64,000 bases of DNA from NCBI RefSeq assembly GCF_964355755.1, contig NC_092675.1, forward strand, positions 16,960,912 through 17,024,911, written 5' to 3'. Under the pieces are notes generated by a model, which saw only the letters and a list, made by a program, of their open reading frames with translations, was not told the DNA's origin and made no database searches. Position numbers and translations under genes: made by a program. This document shows positions 38,459 to 52,453 of the stretch, one piece after another; the stretch's first letter is position 1, and each line of letters starts with the position of its first letter. Origin of the DNA: Antedon mediterranea (taxonomy: Eukaryota > Animalia > Echinodermata).

Positions 38459-41400
38459 CTAGACATGAAACTCGTCACTTTGACGAGTTAGTTATCCGCA
38501 CAACAGATGCCACGTGCACGTCATACGTTAAAAACTATAATAAAAGGTGGTCCTGTATTTTCGCCTTGTATTATAATTATACAGTACACTGTGTATAAAA
38601 GGAGACATTAATTCTACATGATACAGAGGGCGGCAAACAACAATTTGCTCACATCAGAGACTATGCTGGTGTACATTGTACTACTGTATATTATATGACA
38701 TATTAACTGAATTATGGGACCTGCCTTTAATTCAAATATTTAACATGATGACGTCATAAAAAAAACAACACAACGATAGCAATTTCTGAAGAAAATTATC
38801 TTAGCAACAACATATTAACGTGTAGAAGAAATTTGAATACGTAAAATGTTGGTGCGCGCACATTTAAATGTGATGAACTATTACGCAAAATATGAAAATA
38901 TGACTTTTTTTATTCAACTGGCAATATGATGACGTCACAACATCCGATTGGCAAAATGTTTACATGAATTCGTATCTACAATCCTATAGCTTCCAGAAAA
39001 TGTTTTAATCGTGATTATCACATTTTATTCTTACGAGCCAATACAGATTAAAATTTACTGTAAAGATGAAATTAATGACCCAAGTAATTAAAATTTTTAG
39101 GCATGATGACGTTATAAAAATTTAAATATTTTTATCTCATGCTAAAGAAAGTTGATTGACCTAGACAATATATAAATATAGGAGAAAAAGGAATACAGAT
39201 AAGCGTGATGCGCTCCATTGAATGTGATGAGCAATAACGAAACAGACAAAAATCCTATATTTTACATTTGTGTGGCCATACGATTACGTCACAATGTTTT
39301 TTTAGCCTTATCGATGCATGATCCGATATCTGCAACTCATCAACTTCTAGATTTTGTAATAAAAATAAACGGTTCACGGTTTTCTTTAGAAACTATGACT
39401 GTTTAAAAAAAGACATTATTTTGATGATTTTTTAAGCTTTTTCATAAAAAACGCGCACAAATTGTCTAATTCAACGTGTTCGTATGGCGTTATTTAAACT
39501 GGAAAAGGTCTAAATTGTTTTCAAAATTACTAGGAAAGGCTTGAAAAATATAATTCAAGAGAAAAAAATATGTTTTTATCGCTACGTGCGCACCGCGTGC
39601 GTAAAAAATTGCGCGCCCGTGGGAATTTTTGACATGCTCAAAATGACATGAAACGCGTAAAAAGTTGATTAGAAATTAATTTTGCGCATTTTGAAATTTT
39701 AAATGCGCGTGCGCGCGTAACTTCTTGTGAAACATGCCATTTTTAATCCGTAGAAAGTTTGCCCCTGATATAACTTAAATTTTGTCAAAGTGTCAATACT
39801 AAATGACTTTTGGTTTTTAATCTATGATCAATCATTGAAATTCATAAAATTGCGCGTAAGTCACGTTGCGCAACTATGACGTCATTCAAAAATAGGAGGT
39901 GCACAACTTCACGTAAATGCCCATATGTTGTCAAAGTTATGAAATGTTATGTTTACACATTTTAGAGAAACGCGACTCACAAAAAGGAAGGAAGGAAAGA
40001 AGAACTAGACATGAAACTCGTCACTTTGACGAGTTAGTTATCCGCTCGACAAACGCCACGTGCACGTCATACGTTAGAATATTGCACACAGAAAAATATT
40101 AAGGCATTATGACCTGAACTGAAGAATATGATATGTTGTTATTTCTGAATTCTGTTATTTTGTGTCATATAGTATACACAGTACAATCTGTATACATATC
40201 ACAAACAGTGCAAAATAGGTGAAATTACGGGACCCGTATTTTATTGTAATTTTTAACATCTTGACGGTTTCAAAATGAAATGCAAAAGTAGAAATTTCAG
40301 AATGAAATTATCTCAGCAACAACATATTAACGTGTAGAAGAAATTTGAATACTTGAAATATTGATGCGCGCTTTTTTAAATGTAATGAAATATAACGCAA
40401 AAGATGAAAATACGACTTTTTGTATTTAACTGGCCATATGATGACGTCACAACATTCGATTGGCACAATTTTCACATGATTTTGTATCTACAATACAATA
40501 GCTTCCTGAAAACGTTTTAATCGTGAATATCACATTTTATTCTTACGAGCTATAACAGATTAAAATTTACTGTAAAGATGAAATTAATGACCAACGTAAT
40601 TTAAATATTTAGGCATGATGACGTTAAAAAAATTTAAAAAAATTTAATTCATGCAAAAGACAGTTGATTGACCTAGAATATATTAAAATCGGGGTGAAAA
40701 TGGACAACGAATAAGTGGAGATGCGCTCTATTAAATGTGATGAGCTATGACGAAAGAGACAAAAATCCTATATTTTATATTCGCGTGGCCATACGATGAC
40801 ATCACAATGTCCGGTTAGCCATATTAATGCATGATTCGATATCTACAACTCATCAACTTCCAGAATATGTAATTTAAAAAAAGTTCTCCATGTAGTTTAG
40901 AATCTATGACTGTTTAAAAATAGGCATAATTTTGACAAATTTTTGAATTTTTTCACCAGAAACGCGTGCAAATTATTTAATTCGACGTGCTCGTATGACG
41001 TAATTTTAAGTCAAAATTGTTTAAAAGTTGGTAACATTACTATATAAGGCTGAAAAAACATAAATCACGCGAAAAAAATATGTTTTTAACGCTACGTGTG
41101 CACTGCGTGCGTAAAAAGTTTCGCGCGCGTGGGAATTTTTGACATGCTCAAAATGACATGAAACGCATAGAAAGTTGATTAGAAGTTGATTTTTCGCATC
41201 CTAAAATTTTAAACGCGCGTGCGCGCGTAACTTTTTGTGAAACATGCTATTTTTAATCCATAGAAAGTTTGCGCTTGATATGACTTAAATTTTCACAAAG
41301 TGTCAAAACAAAATTATGTTTGGTTTTTAGTCTATGATCAATCATTGAAATTCATAAAATCGCGCGTAAGTCACGTTGTGCAACTCTGACGTCATTCAAA

Positions 41401-41660
41401 AACAGGAGGTGCACAAGTTCACGTAAATGTCGATATGTTGACAAAGTTACGATATGTTCTGTTTACACGTTTTAGAGAAACGCGACGCACAAAAATGACA
41501 GAAAGAAAGAAGTATAATACAGAAAAAAAAAAATTTGATGAAACAGGACGATTACAAGGAGTTATCCGCTACTAAGCGGATAACTAATAATACAGAAAAA
41601 AAATGTTGATCTCATACAATAACAAGGAGTTATCCGCTTGGTAACCAAGCGGATAACTAA
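38459..41660 (-). mobile_element. Helentron/DINE-1-like (HINE) element, outer copy
   Basis: Minus-strand 3' end: subTIR GCGGATAACTAA, hairpin ACTCGTCA-AAG-TGACGAGT, CTAG. 5' end at 41627-41660: subTIR plus inverted repeat AGTTATCCGCTTGGT-A-ACCAAGCGGATAACT. Confidence 0.8.
40005..41587 (-). mobile_element. Helentron/DINE-1-like element, inner copy nested in the outer copy
   Basis: Second identical 3' terminus at about 40005-40045 and its own 5' terminus at 41559-41587. Colinear, diverged match to 38459-40004. Confidence 0.8.
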
Positions 41661-43324
41661 AAAGCTGCCATTAAATACAGTGGCATTGTTAGTGTGCAAT
41701 AAAACGAATATTGAACGACACATGATACATACATATCAAATGACAAGGATACAATCAGGTGATGTTATAATATTATTGATTCTATAAGTTTCTAAGATTA
41801 GGTTTTATTCAATAGAATGTTCTCGTTGAATTTGAAGGTTGTTTTTCTGTCTTTTTAATTTGGTTAGTATCTTTGTAAAGTTTAACCTTCACTAATTAAA
41901 CAAACCATTTTGATTGGGGAAGAGTTTAATTTGCTTGAAACTTATCAGGTTTTATTGATGTTATTCAAAGTTGTGAGTCACAACCATGGAAATATCAACT
42001 TGAAACAACTTTCAGCTTGTATAAATATCATTAGATATTGTCAATTGGACTGTTGAAGGCCGAAATAAGCACGAAACTGAGGGAAAAATAACATTTTTTT
42101 TTGAAAATTGCTTTGGATTTTATATAAAAGAATATATCTTTCCTGGTTCCTTGAAGTAGTGTTCTCTTCTCTCTTGGTAAAAATGTCCTTATCTATTAAT
42201 GCTACTAAATTTTTCTTTTTTTACTTATCTCCTCCAAAACCACTAAACGGTGCATGCTCACATTTGGCACACTGATGTTTATTGATGGGCCGCACACGAT
42301 AGGCTATGTCACTTTCCTGAATTTTAAGGATAAATACTAAAAAGGGCAAAAAATAGCAGTATTTTTACCATGTTTCGCGAGTTGTTACGTCACGTATCAA
42401 CTACACAACCTTCTCCGCTGTGTACCGCAATGGCCTGATCTACAAACACCATCACCAGCCGCCAAATCAAAATGGTGTTTAGTCGTCGTAGTAGTAGTAG
42501 TCGTATCGACCGATCGCGGAATTGAAGTTTTAATTAATTACACCTATTCTTTGGAACAGAATGTATTTTGTAAATCACGGTTTCGCTCAGTGAGTACAAC
42601 GCTGTGGCCATTGAAATTAATGCTTAGTAGGTTCAAGTTCGAATCCGCGATATGTGTAAATAATAAATATCTTGGCAAAATATCTAAACCACAATGTACT
42701 GTAATTACAAAAGTAGCAAGAAAGATACCAAACCTCATGCAAAAAAAATATCAAAATATAAAAAAACCATTAAAATTTTTAAAAATGTAAATGAAAAAAA
42801 AAAAAAAAGCACACAAACACAAATAAAATGATTCAAAAGTCGTGTTTCCACAAAATATCATATATATATAAAAGTTTGTGTCTGCCGAGCGCATCATCTA
42901 ATTTGGAGTAGTGAATGCACCTTTTGTCCGTTTTATTATTCCAATACTCACATCTTAATTCTATAACTTAATTCATATTTGTTATTAAAATGTTTTAATA
43001 TGCCGACTGATTAACAGACGTCACTTTCTGATGTGCACCCTAGATTAATATTCACACAGCACAAAGTTCAATATCCAGTTTTGCGCTTTATAATACTTAA
43101 TCATCCCAAGCAAATTATTATTAAGGCAGACAATACTGTACGGAGCACAGGTTATTGCTAGACCACACTTATTACAAAAGTAGCAAATAGGTAACAAATC
43201 TCTCAAACAAACAAAAATGCAAAATATAAAAAACCATTGAAATAAAAAAAAAATGTAAATGAAAAAAAAAAAACGATTCCAAATGGTTTGATATATTGTT
43301 GAACATGAAAACAACTTAACAATT

Positions 43325-43412
43325 TGTGTTTCTGCAGCAATGTGTTTCTGCAGAAATGTGTTTCTGCAGCAATGTGTTTCTGCAGCAATGTGTTTCTGCA
43401 GCAATGTGTTTC
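43325..43412. repeat. 16-bp minisatellite, about 5.5 copies
   Basis: (TGTGTTTCTGCAGCAA)n. It sits within diverged larger duplications at about 42700-43830. Confidence 0.9.
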
Positions 43413-46400
43413 ATTCGATTTTTATTGTATGTATCAAATAATTAATACACCACGAAAAACACCCAAAATAATATAGTTTGGTATTTTATACTTTCATTAG
43501 TGTGTGTGTGCATCATCTAACTAATTCACAGCACAATTTTTGTTTAGCGTTTTTTATTTTTGTAAAGTCTGAACAGTAAAAAGTAAAATCTAAAGTTTCA
43601 TATCCAGTATTGCTTTCATTTTTTAGCTTACAGATATTTTAAAGTGAAGGGATAGCGTATAACAAAATCAATGGCCATAACATAGTTCCTAATTTTATTC
43701 TTGACACAATTTGTATTTATTTTGTTAATTTGTACTTTTATCAGAGTGTGCTTTTATTATACCATACATGCAAAGTATAAAACCACATATTAAGGCAGAA
43801 AAGACCGTGCAGAGCACCCGTTCTAGCGTATTGTAAGTCGTTCAAAACGATTTACAAACATCTCATAATGTCATTTACCAAACACTCTAAAGCTCGCAAA
43901 TTACGACATGTGGAACATGCAGCTGATACACCTAGGGTACCAAAAGCAAGCTAACAACTTGCCTGTACTTTACATCTAAATTTTTACAACGCGACGATGT
44001 TTTTCAGCTTTTATAAACTTGTCCTAGCCTAGGCCGGTATTATTTTCTTACACGCGCGCCGGGTCGATCGCGGTCACTACTTCTTCGCATGCAGCTAAAG
44101 TAAAATGACTTCACGTTAAAGCGGGTCGTCACAGAGTCTCATGCATTTTAATGAAGCAAACTTGCTGAGAGTGTTTTCCACCACCACGCAACACATGCGA
44201 CGCGAGATTTATCGAAACTCCGAGCCATCGACTGACGATCATGTTTTTGACGATTAAAATCACGGCATATTCAACGACCTGGTTTAAACGATCGTTTAAA
44301 AATTAGCGGTCCGGCTCAATCATCATTACATTATATTTAGTGATTTGAAAAAAACAAAAAAACCTCTTTTCAGTCCTGCCTCTTTTGTCATGATGTCATC
44401 GCGATGTGTTTATGAGAATCATCGACGGGAAAGCAAATAAAACAACAAGGGTCATGAAATGCTGCAGCATTGTTAATATTTTAATAGTAATACGTTTTAA
44501 TAAAATGTAGGCCTAACGGGATAATTTTCATAGGCACTATACAGTCCTAGCCTTTGTTTTTATTCTACTTAATAAATGGGCGCGTAGTATAGTAGCACTG
44601 ACCATGTGGCTTCATCAACTCTATTGATCGTCGGAGGTACCGCTACAGTACTCTATAATACGGGAGTGACGATCACAAAGGATGCCAACCTGCTTACTGG
44701 AACGCGACCAAGCTCACCACGCGGCTTTTATCAACTTGCTCCTTTTACACTTAACTGTGAATGATCGTTGGTAACGCTAGAGATTGATAGTACACAAAGG
44801 ATGTCGACGTACATGCTTGGTGGAATGTGATCAAGCTGACGATGTGCTCCGACGTACTATTTTCACTATGAAAATGTGCAAACCATCGGTGATTAATGAC
44901 CGTCGAAACGATATGTGTTTTTAAAATCTATTTAATTTTTTTCAAAAAATACGCCCCCCCCCCCCCCCCTTGCTAGATCCGCTACTGGGTTACTGCTAGT
45001 TAGTGTTTAATAGCCACAATTTGGATCATGGTTGTATGGTTAGAGATCTTTCTCTCATCCTGTGACAAGGGATTTGTATGTGTTTTCATGTATATTTATT
45101 TTAAAGCATCCTATATAATTGGCGATTTTTCACTGTTGGATGTAGTTGAAATCAAATAATCTCCTCTGATGATAGAACATTAAAAAGTCCTAAACTAAAA
45201 TATATGTTGAGTTTTGATTATTAATATAAATACATTCATAAACAACATGCTTTCAATTTGATTTTATGGGATCTTTATAATCTGATGTTCGATTGGCCAG
45301 TATAAATCATGTGATTAAAAAAATATTAGTTTTCAAAGCTACAGTATGTATTATATTACCCCCAGGGTAATGACAAGGAAAAAATGAGATACTAGACTTA
45401 AATTGGTTTGTATTTAAGTGTTTATTGGCGTTCTGAGACTTACAGTTGAGTACCAGTATGTTGTGAAGTAATAGAAAATGAAAACTATTCATTATTTATA
45501 TTTGATAAAACATAAAAGAAGCTTTTTATATGGTATTTATCTTCTTAAATTTCTTGCAAACTGTCACATATCGATATCAAAAGTAATATCACTTTAGTAA
45601 ACTATATTATATCAGGTGTCGGACAGTTTTAAATATGATATTAACATTTAATGATGTCTGTCTGATTTTTGGAAATCTGTATTACACTCTAAAATGTGAC
45701 AGCTAACAAAATATATTGCAGTCTTATACAAAAGTCTTGGAGTATGTAAGATATTAAAGTATACAAAGTTTGCAATGTGCACTCAAATGGCATATTCCAT
45801 AATGTGTGATTATTGTTTCGTAATATAGTCATCCTTGACACCCTTGGGCTGGTCTAATGCGTCATCAAATAATTGATATTGGTAAAAAGGTAAACATTTT
45901 GACACACATAGCGTTTCATACATACAACACTATGCACATACAGTAGTAAAACAATACTAACTACATAAAAAAGACAAAAATTAGACTAAGGGCAAGTCTA
46001 CTTTAGGACATCTAAGCTTGAAAGTAGATGCGTCTCATGATCACATTCTAAATGAAGCCAATTTTCTCTCACATACCGGTACTTGATTTCCCAGACATAA
46101 ACTAGTAATTTAATGTTTGCGTGACAAGAAGCATGAGTATGCATACTGATTTGTATTTAACGATTCTAATTCACTTTAAATTTCCTAAAAACAACTTGAA
46201 CTATACCAGTATTCCTACCAGCAAACAGCTGGTTAAAGCGTTTAATCATACTTTTATTACCATTTAAACCAATTGGATATTTTCATAGTTTTAATTAATT
46301 AAGTTATTTTAATGTATATTAGGAATGAAAATATTTTTATAGCAAAAATTTCTTCTGGATAGTTTACATCACATTGCACTTACAAATGAATAGTTTAAAT

Positions 46401-47385
46401 TTAAATATCTTGGTAACTGATATGCAAGCATCTTTCATCTTTTTTAATAGTTTATCCATTTTATATTTTTTAATAGTTGATCGGTTTTTAGATCTAAAAT
46501 TGTACAAGTTTTTTTTCCTTGTTTTATTTTATCTCAGCCTGTTATTGAATATTGGTTGGCCCTTTATGAATAAAATTGTAACAAATAAAGAAAAAAAAAT
46601 ATCCCATGCTTTTAAAGGTCAATTCAATTTTATAAATGAAACGAATATATATTTGAAATAATGTAGTTACTTTAATTTAAATGACGATTAAGCACTAAAA
46701 TAAACATTTTTAAATGTATACAGTAAAATTACAGAATAAAGCTCTTTTAAATGTCATATTACTCAGAATACAAGACTGTGCAAGAAATTCAGAACGGCAA
46801 ACTAGTTAATAGATTTTAAACTATAAACCAGGTATTGGTTTGCCAATTGCTTGTTTCAATTTCAAAATCTTTAGAAAGGATATTAATTTAATTAGTTTGG
46901 TGCCATAGCAACTAGATCACTGCTGAGTGAGTATTTTGAGATTTTACTAATGACACAGTTTTTGACGCAAAGTTTTCGAGACAAATTATAGAGAGGTACA
47001 GACAGGACATAATTTTGGGAAGGAGAAGAGAAAGAAAATTATACATTGATAATACTCCCACAGATTAATAATGTGGTATTATATAGAGGGGGGAGGGAGT
47101 ATTATTAGTGATATAATATACACGCACAAGAATGTGAATTTAAATGTGGTGGTGAATTGAGCTTAAAATGAATGAGGTATCTTTCACTCAGCTTAATCAA
47201 CACAGTACTCGACCAAGAAACATCAGAAAGTACTTTTTTTAACCATCCACCCTGAATATTTCACACCCTAAACTTGTTCAAACCCTTATCTACATCCCTG
47301 CACCTACACACTATATACACTATATACGGGAATGGTATTTATTTAACGTTATGTTCTGATCATTGCTTGTAACTTAATCTTAAAG

Positions 47386-47565
47386 ATTCTTGAGGATAGT
47401 GAGAAAGACAAGGGGCGAGGAATTCATATCGTGGTGTTAAACCAAGCTAGTGGCAGTGTGATGGCAAGCAGAGTCTTTGACACATATACAGCACATGCTG
47501 ATGCTGCTATGGTTTTGTTCCTCAACATGATATCTGATGGCCGCATTATCATAATGACAGTGAAG
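47386..47565 (+). CDS. POMGNT1: POMGNT1 coding exon 4 (stem lectin-like ILEI/PANDER domain)
   Basis: cttaaag|[34 protein letters not shown]...[19 protein letters not shown]|gtaggt. 180 nt, phase 0 to 0. Confidence 0.95.
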
Positions 47566-47875
47566 GTAGGTATCTTATGTCAAGTTATTGACATTGACAA
47601 CAAAGCATTGGGTGGGTTTGTATACCATTCACTGGAATGGTAAGTGCACCAAGGCAGGACATTGAGCAAACCTTACCAAGATAGGAACTCGTAATAGTCC
47701 TGTGATCTTATGTCTGACTGCGACAAATACCATCAGTACTGTACTATACATATTCTTTGTGGCGTGCAATGTCAGTTATTTGAATGGCCGTGGAACTGAT
47801 CGTGTCGCAGCCACAGATAAACCCTTTGTTCTCTTGAGCTCGGTATCCGGTTGTTAGATTGCCTTGAGTGCACTA

Positions 47876-48649
47876 AGCTAGAGAAAGCAGAGGGCGGGAC
47901 ACAGTATATACAGGCAATACTGATATACCAGAGGTTTATTGGTAGGTGTAAGAGACATAGCTAGAGAAAGCGTAGGGTGGGACACAGTATATACAGGCAA
48001 TACTGATATACCAGAGGTTCATTGGTAGGTGTAAGAGACATAGCTAGAGAAAGTGTAGGGTGGGACACAGTATATACAGGCAATACTGATATACCAGAGG
48101 TTTATTGGTAGGTGTAAGAGACATAGCTAGAGAAAGCGTAGGGTGTGACATAGTATATACAGGCAATACTGATATACCAGAGGTTTATTGGTAGGTGTAA
48201 GAGACATAGCTAGAGAAAGCGTAGGGTGGGACACAGTATATACAGGCAATACTGATATACCAGAGGTTTATTGGTAGGTGTAAGAGACATAGCTAGAGAA
48301 AGCGTAGGGTGGGACACAGTATATACAGGCAATACTGATATACCAGAGGTTTATTGGTAGGTGTAAGAGACATAGCTAGAGAAAGCGTAGGGTGGGACAC
48401 AGTATATACAGGCAATACTGATATACCAGAGGTTTATTGGTAAGTGTAAGAGACATAGCTAGAGAAAGCGTAGGGTGTGACATAGTATATACAGGCAATA
48501 CTGATATACCAGAGGTTTATTGGTAGGTGTAAGAGACATAGCTAGAGAAAGCATAGGGTGGGACATAGTATATACAGGCAATACTGATATACCAGAGGTT
48601 TATTGGTAGGTGTAAGAGACATAGCTAGAGAAAGCGTAGGGTGGGACAT
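47876..48649. repeat. 83-bp minisatellite, about 9.3 near-identical copies
   Basis: AGCTAGAGAAAGCGTAGGGTGGGACACAGTATATACAGGC... recurring at 47876, 47959, 48042 ... 48623. Confidence 0.97.
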
Positions 48650-50367
48650 GGTGTAGTTATTGGTTTCATTGATGGATACAATATGAAAAGTTGGTTGGCT
48701 AAAATACCTTATAATAAAAAGATTTGGAAAATTTTTAGAGCTTTCCATCTAGTTTGTTTCTGTTTAAATGAAATTAAGTTATTATCAGTAATCTCAGAAC
48801 TACTTCGACATTTAATTTTACATTTTTGGTTGGAGGCAATGTTTTAATAATTCTATATTTCACATATGTTTTTTTACATAAATCTCGGATCTATAAAAAA
48901 TATGTGAAATTGTCTACATTTGTTTAATATCCAAGATTTATTTTCGGCAATTGTGCATTTATGTGTTGAATTTTTATTCAAGATTATAAAAAAATTGACA
49001 AGTGAAATATTATGGATTAGTCCTACTTTCTATAGTAATATAGAAATTTAAATATTTTATATTTAATAAAAGAATTTACTCTTTATGAATAATTCTTAAT
49101 GAGAAGTACTAGCATAAACTGTTTGTTTACAGTTCAAGATTTTCAATATGTATTTACTGTAGTGTGTTTAAATTAGGAAAAAATAATGTTGATTTTTTAG
49201 ATATTGAGGTAATATGTTTCAATTTAGTGACTATTCAATGTTCAACTGGTAATAGTACATCCTATATTTCTTTTCAAAATTCAATTTAGTAAAAATGGAA
49301 AACAGAGAAGAAATAAAGTCCATGAATCCAGAATCTTTTCTTTTTGTTCAAAAGGTTAAAAATTCCTTGCTTCGAAATTTATTCTGTAACAGAACTGGCA
49401 ATTGAGAATTATTTTGCACCAGGATAGTACTTAAGTGAAAATTTGAGACATTATCTTCATCATCTAAGATTTAAGGGAAAACAATATAAATGTAAAAATA
49501 TAAAGTGACAAATTTACATGATTGTTGTTGCTGATAAATCTATCCCCAGATCTTTTTGGCAAGGCAAATTTCTTGGGTACCTTTCTGTAACAGTTGACTG
49601 GATACTACTAAAGTCAAAATATTATTTACATAATTGATTATTTATGACAATATTTTAATTTATCATGTGATTTAACAATTATAATTGATGAATTATTCAT
49701 GTCATAATTGAAGATAGTTTATAGGCTAATTGCTTTAGAAAGCAAACCATGTGACAACACAGTCACATGTTTACTACCCTCATATGCAAATATAACTCAT
49801 TTGTATACTGATTTTATATGTTAAAATTGTATGATCAACCTAAATAAATAATCAATTATAGTCTCTCTATCATTTAATTAAAATCTCTAATTGGGGCTCT
49901 AAATAACGATGGCTTTCAATTGTGCAGGAGATCTATGAGGAAGCTACCTGACACATTTGGTACCATACTTATACTAATATAATAGCTTCAGTTGTATAAT
50001 TACAGTATTATTATTTACTGCAGTAATATAACTAAATACAAAATTGTTGGGACTAAAATCCGATTGTTAGCGCCTTCTGCGACCTTTAAATTGAATATTA
50101 AACACATTTAATTGACAGATATTTTTTTCATTACTGTAAAAATTGAATTTTATTTGAAATCTTGCATTCAAAATTAAATCTATTGGTATCAATGTATAAT
50201 ATGAATGAATGTTATTGATTGAATCTTTTAGTTGAAAACAACATTGTTTCCCGTGGTGAGCCATATAGTGAGACCTTTCTGATGAAAATTGATAATTATT
50301 AGTGACTTCTTCACCTCTGAGTCATATTAATTTCAATTTTTACCCTTTTTGAATCAATTTTCCATAG

Positions 50368-50494
50368 GATGAAGGGTCATTCCATCTGAAAGACACTGCT
50401 AGAAATTTACTGAAACTCCTTGGAAGTCAGAATGTGATGCAGTTTGGATGGCGCGACATGTGGGCTATGGTTACCCAGAAAAAAGGAAAACATG
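50368..50494 (+). CDS. POMGNT1: POMGNT1 coding exon 5
   Basis: tccatag|[43 protein letters not shown]|gtaagt. 127 nt, phase 0 to 1. Confidence 0.95.
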
Positions 50495-52264
50495 GTAAGT
50501 ATGATAGGTATGTTAAGATTCGTGATTTATAAGTACAGTTTTTTAAAGAAATAAATAGCTGATCTTAGATCTATGCCATTTTTTATAAAGAATAGAAAAA
50601 TATTGGTAAAAACCAAAAGGGCCAGTTTGAATTTGCATTTATTTAAATACATCTACAAATCACAGAGAAAACTGAATTGCTTGGGATTTACAAAAAAAGA
50701 AAAATATAATAAGCAACCAAATACAAAAGGATATAACAAGAGAGAAATATTAAAAAATTGAGTTCAAGTACTCAACAGGAAAAATACAGATTGAAATCTC
50801 ACTATCTCAAAATCCTCAAAGATTTCAAAAAGATGTGTGTTCATTTAAGCATGCCTTTTGTCATGCATCACTCCGTAGGGATCTTATCTTTGTTAATTTA
50901 ATTAATCTTGTAATCTTAATAAATTATGTCTTTCTTAATAATAAATAAGACAACTTAACTCTAATAAATTACAGACTTGAAAACAAGGCTAAATTTAGGC
51001 AGTTAAAGTTTGAATTATGAATAATTAATTTCATAAATGTGTAATGAATAATTGTTTCATATGAAGGGATTAATGTATTGATTAAAAATTGTACATAAAT
51101 AAATAGAGGAATTATGTAAATTTGTGCACTGATATATGTATAAAATATTATTTTTATTCATATTTTAATAAAAGTAATGCAGTAATTAATATTTTAATGC
51201 ATTATATTAATATTTATTATTACATTAACAGCTTACAAACCAGCTTAATATCCCAAACCCAAACCATTTCACTAGATATTTTAATTCTAATGTAATTAAT
51301 ATTCAAAAAATTTAGACCAAAAATATTAAAAGTAAAAAGTTAAGAAATTACATACGGTAAGTTGAATATGTTTGAATTTAAAGGGTTTCACTTTTAATTT
51401 GAATTTAATATAATAATTTTGGGAAAAAGTATTCAGATGTTTCTCATCTCATGTGCATGAACATTTAGGGGTCTGATTGAGACAAGTTTAATACTTCTAA
51501 ACCAGATCCCAGCCAAAAAAAAAGTAGAAATATTATGTTAAAATGTTTAATATTTATTTTAAATAATATGTTTTTCGGTTGAATAAATATTACGAAACTC
51601 AAACTCAACATTACATTTATTGAAAATACTATACTTAATATTATTACTATGTATATAAAAATAATAAGATGGCAGATTTTTATAGTTGAGGATTGTTGAA
51701 ATAAAATGTAAATCTGTATTAAGAGTTATACTTAAAATGTTAACCTACTGTAACACCTTGACTGTCATCTTTATTGAGTTGATCTCTATTTTTGTAAATA
51801 TAATTTGTAGGTAAAATTACAATCAATAGTTTTAGTGAGATTTGTTTGTAGTCGGTAGGCATGAAAATGAAACCACTGGAAACTTGATTTATGTAATAAT
51901 AATTAAATAATAATAATATTTATTACATTAATACTTATTATTATTGGTTATTGCCAATCACAAATACAACAACAACAAACAACTAAAAAGTGGCAGGAAA
52001 CAGGAACTAAATCCCTATGACAATTAGAACCAGTGTAACCCTCTTACCGAATATTAGAAAATATCATCAACAAAAATATTTTTTAAAAATCATTCATAAA
52101 AGTACAAAAAAACACTTTACTCCAACAAGAAATTCATTTTGAGTTTAAACAATATGTTTGGAAATTATAACTGACTTCATCATGAATTTCTTTCAACAAT
52201 CGCGGAAAAATAGGAATTATTTACCGATGAGTCGAAACAGAATAACTGCTCTTGTTCCATTAAT

Positions 52265-52453
52265 AGGGAGCCTTAGAGACAGGCGACGGCAGTGTGCAAC
52301 CGAGTTGCAATTTACAGTGTGCATGCGGATACAAGAAAACTTCCATGGACCATTGAAGGCAACGCGATTTGGCATTGCATGGAGGCGACAATGCACGGCT
52401 GTTTCTGATTTGCGCATTGCACACTGCCGCGTTGCCTGTTTCGAAAGCTCCCT
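52265..52453. mobile_element. Fold-back MITE (about 190 bp)
   Basis: AGGGAGCCTTAGAGACAGGCGACGGCAGTGTGCAA pairs imperfectly with TTGCACACTGCCGCGTTGCCTGTTTCGAAAGCTCCCT. Confidence 0.75.

Noticed and set aside
43045-43404. ORFs with LQKHIAAETH repeats
   Set aside because: Produced by the 16-bp minisatellite plus T-rich sequence.
42380-44990. CpG-rich composite region as a nested gene
   Set aside because: No coherent ORF or exon chain. It has diverged internal duplications and a MITE-like end (poly-C...TAGATCCGCTACTG), so it is treated as unclassified repeat DNA.
47876-48649. Regularly spaced repeat array as CRISPR or coding repeat
   Set aside because: Units are identical along their whole length with no unique spacers, and 83 bp is not a multiple of 3.
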